Positions 13,001 to 25,500 of a DNA stretch of 64,000 nucleotides are shown piece after piece (positions within the stretch are counted from its first letter, which is position 1; every line of letters starts with the position of its first letter). The notes under the pieces are model-generated. The model was not told the origin of the DNA, ran no database searches, and saw only the letters and a program-made list of their open reading frames with translations. The position numbers and the translations under genes are program-made. The DNA comes from Diadema antillarum (lineage: Eukaryota): positions 620,001 to 684,000 of the forward strand of contig NW_027272118.1 in assembly GCF_040938485.1 (NCBI RefSeq). The letters run 5' to 3'.

Positions 13001-16000
13001 GACTGATAATTGACTAAATTGATTCTACATTACTCTTCCTTCCCCTGTAAATGAATGAATGAGATGGGCAGACCTGGTTTAGTGCTATGCACATAGAGGT
13101 AGAGTCCAGAAACGATGCCGATGGTCAGGAGAGCTGCCCACCAGTTGATGAGGAACATGACCCCCACACAGATGACTGAGGCCACGAGGGCCACCCACAT
13201 GTTGTAGTACTTGAATGCAGGCCTCCAGCCTGGATGGACAGAAGGAAGGATGTGGGGAAAGAGAGAACGAAAGATGGACAAAAGGGAAACAGGTGGTGTC
13301 ACTGCTGTGTACTTCACACAAACTTACTGCTGGTAGGCAGCTACCATTTTTTTTTTTCTTTTTCTAATGAGTGAAGTGCTTTTGGAAATATTTGGTGCAG
13401 CTGTGTTGCAGATTTTCCTACAAGTTGCAGTACAGAACCAGAATGGCAGAGTGGTACAGTGAGTTACATAAATCAAAATTATATTTTTTGTTTCACAGTA
13501 ACTGGAAATATGAGGAGGGTCTGCTGTGGCCCAGTGGATCATGTTACAGACTATCAATCATGAGGTCTGGGGTTCAAGTCTCCTCCCTGCAGCAGTCATG
13601 CCCCGCAGCAAGGTACAGTACTTTGTCCTCATTGCTTAGTTTTTCAAAGGGAACTCAAAGCAGACCGTTCCGTGTTGCCTCTTCAGCGGTCGCGGAAACA
13701 CAAATTCACCAATTCAATCCAAAACAACCAGTTTTGTCTGTCCTTGTTCATTCAAACCACTGATTGTCATGGAAACAGATGACATACCAGGTGACTTGGC
13801 CAAGGATGCGGAGAAACAGGAGAAGTTGATGAGTGCGTAGGAGGCCAGGAAGAAGTTTGAGATGAGTGGTGCAATAGTATTAAGATCACCTGCAAGTGGA
13901 GATGGCAGATTAGTTACAGTCAATACGGCTTGCTGATATTTAAAATGTATAAGTATTCTAGTTTTCTAAAAAAACAACAACAACAATACTGTAGTACTTA
14001 AAGGGGGTGGCTAGTAACTGATCAGTGGGAATCAGTGGGAATGCTTGGGGATGATTGTTCCAATCCTTGTTGGATTCATTTAAGAGTACATTATATATCT
14101 ATTGTTGTGTGAAAATTATTTGCTTCAGAATGGTCTCATATTCAAGTAATGTGCAATTTAATGTTTCCAAGTTAGCATGCCTGTACAGTGACAGGGCGAT
14201 CGTTAACGGGCCGTTAACATTAAACTGCACATTATTTGAATATGAGACCGTTCTGAAGCAAATCATTTTCACACAACAATAGATATACAATGAACTCTTG
14301 AATGAATCCCATAAGGACTGGAACAATCATCCCCCAGCATTCCCACTGATCCCACTGATCAATTACTAGCCATCCCCTTTAAAATCGTGTTAGTTATGTT
14401 CATCTGAAGAAGGTCAGGAAATCATCTTTTGTCCTTGTGGCCAACTGTAGACAAGATCAAGACCAAACCATTACAATATGACAAGCCCTTCTGAAGCTGC
14501 TCTTCAAAAATCAACGGTTCTTGAGTACGCATCAAGGCAGACACAGACAATTCTTTTGCCAGAATATTGAGATTTAATTTNNNNNNNNNNNNNNNNNNNN
14601 NNNNNNNNNNNNNNNNNNNNNNNNNNNNNNNNNNNNNNNNNNNNNNNNNNNNNNNNNNNNNNNNNNNNNNNNNNNNNNNNNNNNNNNNNNNNNNNNNNNN
14701 NNNNNNNNNNNNNNNNNGACACGAAGTAAATGAACATTATATACAACATGCATGGTTACATTCATCTTCCTTTTGATTCATTTCCCATCATTTCTTACCA
14801 ATAGCGATGAATGCAGCTGCAATGAAGAAAGTGAGGACGTACGCCCTCTTGGGTTCATCCCCCGGTCCAACACCGACAGCGAAGAACTCAATTTTGGGGA
14901 AGATCTTGTCCTTACACACAGCCTGCAATGAAAAGTAGAAGAACATCGAGGATACATGCTAGGAGGGAAAGCACTCCAACGATCTAACTTTTAACAATAA
15001 CAATTGCACAGTTTACACGTTTACTTGGCCTTATGACATATTGTGGTTGAGAAGCAGAAAGGCCTAAAAGCCACAGACATATCATAACTGTGCTAACACC
15101 CATCTAGCTCTCAGCTGATGTCATTCTCTTCTTCTGGTGCGAGGAGTGACACTCCTCAACTCACTGTGACTTATTCCATGGGTTGGGTTACTGTACCAGC
15201 TAAACTTTTCGTGTACAGATATTTTCACAAATTGCTAGTAAGTGGGACATTTTGGCATGTTGTCAAATCTGCAGTTGCAAGGGTCTAGTATGATTGTTAC
15301 TTCACCTTTCAAAAAGTAAAGTAAGAATGAGTAGCAAGTGACAATACGGGCCACCACTAAATGTTTTTACTCGTTGATTCCATGTACAGACAAACTCAAA
15401 TTGGAGTATGTTTTGCATTTGAAGTATTGTACTAGTATGATGTAATATGCCCAAGAGGTATCGCTACGTCATGACCCATGCAACATGTTAGACCTACAAG
15501 TGTACAGTAGTTACATGCTGAGAGCGATCCAGCTCTGTCACAGCCTGATTACATGTTTTTATATTCACATGTTACTTTCATGGTCCAAACACGATTTGCA
15601 AAATTTGTGAAAATGAAACCACAGCAAAACTTTCAGCTTAAACAGGATTTCAGCCCCTATTAAAAAAGGGTTGCACGCTGCTCCTCACCTGGAACACCTT
15701 AGGTGCACTGACCAAACTTGCAAGGGCTGAGGAGAGGGAAGCAGCGAAGATGCCTGCCAGTACCAAGGGCATCCAAGCTGAGATCACCTTGGCTGCCTGG
15801 AATTTAACAAAACCAAAAAACAAACAAACAAGAGTAACAATGTTTGACAGCAGTACAGAAACAATAATGGAAAATGCACATATTCATGGAATGTGCCTCT
15901 TTGTCAAGAAGGAGAAAATACCCCAAACATATACACCTGTATGTGTAGATTTTGTGAGGCCGAAACATTAGCCGAAACACATCAGCGCAGGCCGAGGAAA

Positions 16001-19000
16001 ATCAGACAATCCATTCTCAAGCTATAATTTTTTTGAGCAATGAAATTGATTGAGAAATTCACAATTTGAAGATTTTATTATTAACAGTTAGTTGACCCAC
16101 TGGCAGTTTCTATCAAGGTACACAAAGCATGATGCTTTCTCTATCTCTCCTGCATCACTAAAGAATAATTCAAAGAGAACAAGACAGAGCTGAACAGTTT
16201 ACTGAACTCATCACATGTCACACAGGTACAGCTGTATGAACAGACCCTCTAACATTTAATATCTGCTCCACTTGGCTAAAAACATAAAGTAATAGCAGTG
16301 GTTCTATGAAGTTTCGGGTACTGCCACTCACTGTAGGCAATGGTTAACCATCCAATGTATTTAACAGTCTAGTCTAGTAAACACCAACCAATTTTAGTAT
16401 AACTTATTGTCAAAACAATCTCTTCAATCCTCAACAGTATTAATTGATCAAGAGTATACGTCCCTATATCAATCTTCCGACACAATCTGTTTACAACATA
16501 ATAATTATTTTTGCATTTTTCATCTCTCCTTAAATTTTCCCAAAATTTTGTTACTCACAGCGAGGTCGTTGATGATGCCGTATTGACAATCCATCGTGCC
16601 ATTGAAGCACACAGAGGAGACGTTTCCAAAAGCGACATCCTTGACGATGCCGGACGCCTCGCGGATCATACAGCCGCCGATCAACCAGGAGAGGCCCACG
16701 TAGATAATGGATGATATTAAGATGGCTAGGAGGGTGCCCTTTGGAATGGCTTTTTGAGCATCCTAGAAGGAAAACATCAAAGGATCATCAGTCAAAAAAA
16801 CAAGAATGATTTCAACTTTAAAGACTTTGTACTGTGGTCATGTAAACTACACTTTTTTCCTCTTTTTTTTTCTTTTCATTCATTGTGTGTCAGTAATATG
16901 TTGTTATACTTAACACCACTTTCTTCAAAACTCAAGATGTAGAGATGAAGTGTGATGTAAACACATCCTCTGCTGCAATGGTAGTTGATTTCCTCTGACA
17001 AAGTCATGGAAAGTATAAGCTTGGTCATTCAGTAGGCATGAAAACAATGAAGGTTCGTATGAGAATGAATTGGTGGTTATGGGACCCAAGATGGATGTTT
17101 CACATTGCTCAGGAGGCAGGGTTCAAATTTTCCAAAATCTGTAGCTTCCTTTTTTTTTTTTACATCAATTTCCTTTAATTCAAAATTTGGTATTTCCCAC
17201 GGCGGCATTTGAAACCCACTGCAAATGTACAAAATCCTGTGGTCAGTGATAATCAATACATTTGCAATAAACATGCTATTTATTCTTTTCTTCTCTGTAT
17301 GGCAGGCAATGATTGATGTAAAAGGCTGTTAAAGGTCAAGGGTCAAATTTGACCAACTACTAGATATGCTATATTTAATGGTGAGTCTAAGTTTGTGTGA
17401 AACAGGACTTTCCCACAATTTTGCAAGTGGTTAAATTCACGATCGTGGAGTACAGTAATGAACAGAGAAATGTTTATGAGAATGTTGGATTTATGTTGGG
17501 ATCTGAGTTAATATTTTCAAATGTTGTTAAACTCAGAAAAAGCAAGCGACTTGTGAAATTCACAAAAATACCCCCCTCCCGTAATATATGGCATTTATAG
17601 ATGATTACCTGATACTCTTTCCCAATCCCTGCAACCGCAACCAACCTCCCTGTATGCACACACACACACACACACTCACACACACACACAGACAAATCTC
17701 GTAACACAAATATACAGAATACATGTCAAGCTGTGCTCTAAACCTCAGGGCCAGCTTCAACTGCTGTGACTATTGAAATATTTAACCTCTTCTACATTTG
17801 TTTCAATTCCACATTGTTTTACATCACTTTTTTACTGGCACAATATCAGGTAAATAAATTTCTTCTGACATGCTATAAAAATGTCATGAGTGTAGAATGA
17901 ACCATCTGAAACACATTAACTAGATAACTAGCTGACCCCTAGACACCCATTATCATTGCAGGCAGCCTACAGGAAAGAGCCTTCTCGTACCCACTCCACA
18001 TTTTCAGAATGTATGGTCGGTTGCCAAATGGTCCAGTTCACCTCAAGTGAGCTTTGGGCATTACAAAATCATCGGGGGCCTGTCGCATTTATAAAACTTT
18101 TTACCTGAGGAAAACTCGGGTTGATTCTTAACAAAGTTAATTTCCTGTGTAAAGTGAATGGAGGAATCAGTAACGTAATCAATTTCATCTCACTCTTCAT
18201 AGAAATCTTATTAGTTTTAGATCAATCTCTGTAAAAATCTCATTAACATTAAATCACTCTCTATACAAATCTCGATAATTTTAGATCACTCTCTATATAT
18301 TCTATAGTAATCTCATTAGCTTTATAGTTCCACTCCCAACCGTAATCTCATTCCTTTCAAGTCACTCCATGATGTAATCTCTTCTGTCATTCCCTTCCAG
18401 AGGTTGCTAAAAGACAAGTACATGTCCACATCATAAAATAAATAGAAACATGAGCTCTGAAAACCGAGTACTGTTAAAGCTGCTTTGTTCGTGTACAGAT
18501 ATTTTTGCAAACGCAGGGGTTACAGACATTTTCACAAAATATTGTTTATCACGATTTGACACTGGAGCTTGTCGCAAGCGCATTAATTCCAGTCTGCTCA
18601 CAAATATCTTCGCCTGTGGATAAATTCGCGGCCCAATAGTGTATTGCAAAGTTCACAAAAATTGAACTCTCACGAACCGCTTTTACAGTATACCGGTACA
18701 CTAGAAGTGCAATTGGCTAACATTGTAAACTAAGTTGGTATGTACACATAATAAGGTCCAGGATAACCTCTCTGCACTTCGGTATCTCTCCTTCATCTCT
18801 TCCTGACTATAATCATACCATTGTGCTCACTCCATTGTGCTTTGTGCATACATGCCACCAGCACTCTGTACAATCCAGACATATACCCGCTGATATTTCC
18901 TCAAGCCACCTGCATGCACACCCAGTTGGAATACAGCCAATGGTTGGCCCATTCTATCTACCATCGCCAGACTATTGCCCGCTTCCTATTGTAACACCCG

Positions 19001-22000
19001 TCCGCCCAATCTGCCCAATCTCTTTCCCCTATTACTTCCTAACATTAACAGTAGGGCGACAATAGAAGGACTGACATATGTCAGGACAAACCTTGCTGTT
19101 CATATACACTTTCACTATACCCATTCAGGTCACAGAAATTATGTACCGCTCAAACTCTGGCCAAAAAGAGAATAATAATAATAAAAAAAAAAGGAATAAA
19201 AAAAAAAAACTATTAGAAAATTGCAAGAAGCTCCACAAGTCGTGATAAGACAATGACAACTAAAATCACTTGTAATGCATAAGAATAAATAGACCAACAA
19301 CAAAACTGAAAAGGTACTAAAAATCAAAAAGTAATAAAACAAAGGATAAATGCAATGATTAGAAGAGAGTTCCTGCATACAAGCATATTAAATATGGTAC
19401 GCAACTTTAAGCCTCAGAAATCAAGCACGAAGGGACATGGGGGAATACTGTAATATGGTTGGGGCTAGTCAATTCCTTCATTTTTGTGTTAGGCCTGCCT
19501 AGCTGTTACACACTTAACATTAAAACGTTGTTAGACATTTCACTGTAATCTGTCAAGCTATTTCATGTATCCTTGGCTAATCCACCCAAACTTGATATGA
19601 AAAGTTAGATAACCCACTCAGGTTTTAAAGATGTCATAGTACAAGAGGTAATCCAATCGGGTTTAGGGGGATTAGATAATCCCTGTCCATTGACACTTAG
19701 GGTGGCATTCTGAAAATCTTCCTAAGTTTCTTCCTAAGTTTCTTCCTAAGTCAGAAACTTAGGAAGTGCCTAGGAAAGACAGAATTGGCATTCTGAAATT
19801 TCTTCCTAGGCACTTCTTAATGCAAATTAGGCCATCCTTATCCCATATCCATACGATGTATATTTTCTTAAGCCAAAACAATATGCCGTATCATAAGGAA
19901 ACAACCAATTACAATCGCATATTACTATGACGTAGGGTCAAATACACGAGTGCGCGGCATGTTCCCTTTCTCACGCCCATTTCACGCATCAAAGTACATG
20001 TTGCGCGCAGTGATTGACAAGCACTCCTATCACGATGTTTTGCATCTCGCTATTCTTAACAACGTACTTAGGACAGGGGTGGAGCTTTCCTGAATATATT
20101 CCTAAACTTCTTTCCGAAGTGAATTCTGGAATACCAACTTCTTCCTAAATCAGAAATTTGCATATTCCCGCCCCCTTCCTAAGTTTCTTTTTAAGTTTAC
20201 TTAAGAAGAAACTTAGGAAGATTTTCAGACCACCACTTAGGAAAAATCCTGACTTAGGAAGAAATTTTTCCTAGGAAGGATTTCAGAATACCACCCTTAG
20301 TTTCCAGACTTAGGAAAAATCCTGACTTAGGAAGAAATTTTTCCTAGGAAGGATTTCAGAATACCACCCTTAAGTTTCCAGACATCTGTGCCAAAGAGCT
20401 TGAAACATACCCCAGCGGATATGACAACTGGGGCCTGTTTCATAAAGATTGAGCGTAAGTTGCAATCAATCGCAAATTGCGTTTCATAAACAGCTTTGCG
20501 ATTGATCGCGAGTAACGCTCAATCTACTGAAAGTTCTGCTTGATTTTTCTTGAAATCAAGCGTGAGTGCCTTTATGAAACAGGGCTTATGCTCAATATTG
20601 AACTTATGCTCAATTCAACAAGTTAGGCTCCATAAATCGAGCGTAAGGTCAAACATAGAAAGAGTTTGGCATGCACAGTGAGTTCACTTGGAAAGACAAG
20701 CCCTTCACTTGAAGCGATTCTTACTTTGAGGTCGCCGGAGATGTTGGCACCAGCCAGAATACCGGTGGCAGCTGGGAAGAAGATGGAGAAAACGGAGAAG
20801 AAGGACTCTCCGTCCTGAAAGCCTGGCTTGAGATTCTCCACAAACACATCAGCTGCATAGAGGTGGCGGTGGTGGTGATAGATAGATAGATATTGGTTTA
20901 TTTCATCAAAAGGAAAATACATAGCAGCCCAGAGGCTGAATTGCGGGTTCTTGATATAAATACATAATACAAACGAAACAAAACAATACGATACAATAAT
21001 CATTCACTTTAAACAGTGTATCAAAAAATTGAGCCTTATTACATATTCAGATACCACAAATACAATTCTCTTTCAAAATACAATATTCCATTAACAACTA
21101 ATTACACATAGATAATTGCAGCAGAAAATAAAAACAATTGATTTACAGTATCAAAAGATACAGTGTAGACCTGCAGTTGTATATGGCTGTACATGTACAA
21201 TAACATACATGTGCCCCATTGATGGCAGGGAATGCATGTTTGTGAATGTATAAATTGTGTTGCGTTGAGTTGGGTGTGTGTGTGAATGTATGTTTGTTGT
21301 GTTGTGTAAATGTTTGAGTGTGTGCATGTTTGCATGCATGTTCATAATGGGGAGGAAAAGGTGTATAAAAAAAAAGAATACATGTAAGTACAGTATTCAA
21401 ATGGATATCAGAAATGTCAAATTTGCCACGGAAAGGACGATTTCAATTTCAATTCAAATGGAATTTCATTTTCAGTGACACATGTTTGTTATCAATACAG
21501 ATTAAAAGAAAACAAAATGAAAACAAAACAATTTAGCCTATCAAACATGCTATTCTAAACAAATAACAATTCAATGATTTTACCAGGGGAGCTACAGCAA
21601 CCACTATAATTTCTCCCATACCCCTTGACATATTTTCATATTTTTCATCCTACATTGGTAGAAGAGGAAGAGGATGAAGAAAGGCTACTGATGATGACAA
21701 AAGAATTGGATTTTGATTCTCATTGTTCTTCTAAATGAAAAACAAACAAGTACTAACAAGCATCACCTATCGATGGTGAGCACATACACTGTGACTACCT
21801 CACAGCACTTTAATGATGGCATGATGCATGCAATTTTTCTTTCCCCTTCCTCAATGCCAAGTGACAAAGCTAACTTGCACAAAAGATTGCGCTATTAATA
21901 GAACCTTACCCAAACTGCATGATGTCACAATAATTGTTGAGTCAGTTTTTTCGGGGGGAAAAAATCACTGCAGACCTGCCGACCTGGGGGGTATTTCATG

Positions 22001-22116
22001 AAGCATTTTGTAAGATTTTTTTTTTCTGACAGACTGTTAGCTACTGACATCCTTGCATCTGAGTGGCTGAATGCAAATTCGTCCGACAAATTTGACAGAC
22101 AAAATGATTCATGAAA

Positions 22117-22148
<32 letters not shown>

Positions 22149-22534
22149 GATGGCAAGGCCTGTGACACCCTCTTGGCAATTACTGCCATTCTAGCTATCA
22201 TGGCATTTCCAAATCCCAGCCATGGATACATCCATTGTGCTGGTCAGCATCCATGCAAATTATTGGTTGAATAATCACAGCATTTCCTAACCCCGCCCAT
22301 GGATACATCACATTGTGCTGGTCAGCATCTATGCAAATCATTGGTTGGATGCTGCAGCAGAGGAGAAGGGGACCAGTGGAGAGAAATCCAGCTCACCTTG
22401 GTACCCAGTAAAGCCTCTCGCTGCCTTTGCCGCTGTGGGAGGAAGGAAGCTTCCAATCACCATGTTGAAGATGGCGATGCTGAGCACTACCAGCAAAACT
22501 AGCTGAATCTGAATGAAAAAGAGAAAGAGATAGG

Positions 22535-22573
<39 letters not shown>

Positions 22574-25500
22574 ATGAACCAACGAACAAACAAACGACCG
22601 AACGAATAAATAAATAAATAAACAAATAAACAAACAAACAACTTACCAAATAAATAAACAATAAACTGGAATGCAGTGAAATATACTTCATTCATTACCA
22701 GTGAATATCATCACCACCAGTAGCAAGCAATGAAACTTCCCCTGACAGACAAACCATGTGAATACAAAATTCATAATCGAATGTCATATTAAAATACATG
22801 ACTTTATGAAATATGAAAGGCAGGCAATATCAACAATGCATAAAATGAGATGCTAAAACTTTTGGTAATACATTGCCACATGGGAACAAATACAATGCAG
22901 TTAATGAGTCAGAGCGTATGAAACAACATAGTCACATTTGAGGAGGACATTACACATTACATCTATATATCATAGTGAATTTTTTTTTTTTAAATCAAGA
23001 AGAGCACCCCTATTCCTCCCCTACCCCTCCATCTCCTCAAAAACAAACAATGATTTCTGCAATCACATGCTACAAGTGTTCTATGTAAAATGCACAATTT
23101 TTGACTACCACCATTTCAAATTTCTAATCAAAATGAGACAATTCATAAGGTATATGATTTACCTTAGCCTCCCAGGCCATGCCGATGAAGACGATCACCA
23201 GCAGAATGACGACAGTGATTTCCCCAATGATTCTCACATCATTTATGAGGTCCACCATTTGTGCATCATAGTCCTGTGTTTGCAGAGAGAGAGAAATACA
23301 GATAGGAATATATGATTGGGTGAAAAAAACATACAGAGAGGGATAGGAATACATTATGTATGAGTGAAAAACAATATATGCAGTGTTACAGGGAGAAGAT
23401 ATATATATTCAATACAAAGTACAGCCGGGTGGGCTTTTGTAGCAAGGTCGGTTGTGTATCTACAATGTAGGTACATGCCTCCTTGCTATCAAATCGCTCC
23501 AGTTTTGGCACAGGTTCGAATCTCATTGAGTTTTGCTGGTAACAGCAAATCATGTATTGTGCGGTCATGCCATCCCCTAAAGAGGCAAAACACTCTGTCC
23601 CTTTGATGGGCCAATACAATAGAGGTCCCATGTGTGGGAGAGTTGCAACCGACACACGTAAAACATTTTTTAAATGGCATGAAGGAGTTTTGAAATCATT
23701 ATGATGGGGAATAAACTATAATTACAAACAACTATTACAAGAGGTATGGATGTTCATTGCCTTGAGAAATATTTGTGCCTTTATGAAATCAGAAGGAATG
23801 AATCATAGACTAAAAATTTTGCAAATATGCCCCATTTTGTAAGGCACCAATATTTCTCAGGGGTACTTGATTGCTTTTTAAAGGAAACCTGGGGTGTTTG
23901 TTTTTTTTCGTTTGTGTGTTTGTTTGTTTTTTGTTTGTTGTTTTTTTACATACGGGATATAAGAAAATTTTCGGTTGGGAAGTCATTGGGTAATAAGGCT
24001 ATACTGTATATTCTACTACATTTCCAGTTTGGCTCTGTGCTGGCACAGAGTTTGTTTCGCAAAAGTTGGCCCTGGTTGAAGGGGAAGGGGAAGGGGAGGG
24101 GAGATTTATATTTTCTCTCATATAGTCGCATTCACACAGACAAAATAGCAGGATAATGATCGTGATCCAAATGTCAAAGAGTTTTTGCAATAGTTCAGAC
24201 TGACAGACATATCCCACTAATTGCTGACTGCGATAATTTGTCAACCAAACTGTGCACCCTGTATATGAAATTCACCAAAACTTAATGTTGACCCTTGCCC
24301 TTGAGTTTGTGAGCTGTTTAATCATGTGTGTTCAGAATGACAGGACAAAAAAAAAAATTATCGAGAATTCTTTGCTATAGCATCCACACACATGTCGCAG
24401 TGCGAATTATCGCAGTAATTCCAAAATAATCGCAAGATTTCTTAGGATTTGGATCATGATGCTAATCACGTCATTCAGTGGGATTGTCCACACTGGCAAA
24501 AATCGCAAATCTCGAGATCTGTATGCCACACATTTGCGTCAGTGTGAATCCCACTATTGACAGGGTCTTGTGGTTGCAAAGGTGGTTGTGGGGGGGTGGG
24601 GGAAGGGATCAAAACTCAGTTTTGAAAAAAAATCAAAAGTCGAGGTCAGGTGACAAAATTCACAGTATTGATGGTGTGGTTGTCAAACTGAAGGCCACAC
24701 CCTTGTCATATGAAGCCATTTTACACTTCTATACAAGTATTATTACATTCTATGAATAAATTACAGCTGCTCTGACCCTGAAAAGCATTAAAATTGATGT
24801 GTCTTCAACATTCTACAGGAAAGTCATTCTTTACTGAGTCAGAAAACAGCAATAAATTGCACTCCCTGTACGACTGCCTGCTACATTTCAACAAGACAAA
24901 GTAGAATATGGTTCTGTGGTGAGCAAATTAGCAATATGGAAGCAAACTTGCAATTTGGAAACAAAACTTGATAAGGGAAGACTATAGCTGCCAAGATAGA
25001 GAGATACACAAACCACAGTTAAAGTTATTTCAGTTTCACAAAGCAGTTTTGGAAATGTCAGTAGTAATCTCTTCATCATGCACTGTAAACCTAATCCACT
25101 GATATAGAAGTAATAGTAGACATTCTATCTCTCTTTTCTTTCCTGTTTTGAAACATGTTGTGCTCCTCCAATAGAAGTAAAAGAAAAGATAAATGGTGAC
25201 AGAGGCTTTTGTAGTGTTTCCGTCGATATTAAAGCTTCTTTTGAAATCTTTCAATCTGAAGCTACATGAGATACTCGATGTACTAGATGTAGTCTATGCA
25301 TGCAGTATCTTGGGGTGGGGGTGACGTTTGTGTGGCATATCAGTTAAAATCCCATATTACAGTGAGAAAGTGACTTTCTGCTCAGATCCAAGCACCCCCT
25401 TATTTCCCCCTCCCCCCCCCCCCCCCCCCTGTTGTACTAGGTATTACCTCTGGCTGTTTATTACACTTCCTGCCTACTTCATTTTGATAAGAGAGTATCG

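Noticed and set aside
8638-14326. Three near-identical ORFs [11 protein letters not shown]... (8638+, 14055+, 14099-)
   Set aside because: Artefacts of the palindromic Kolobok MITE arms, not a gene family.
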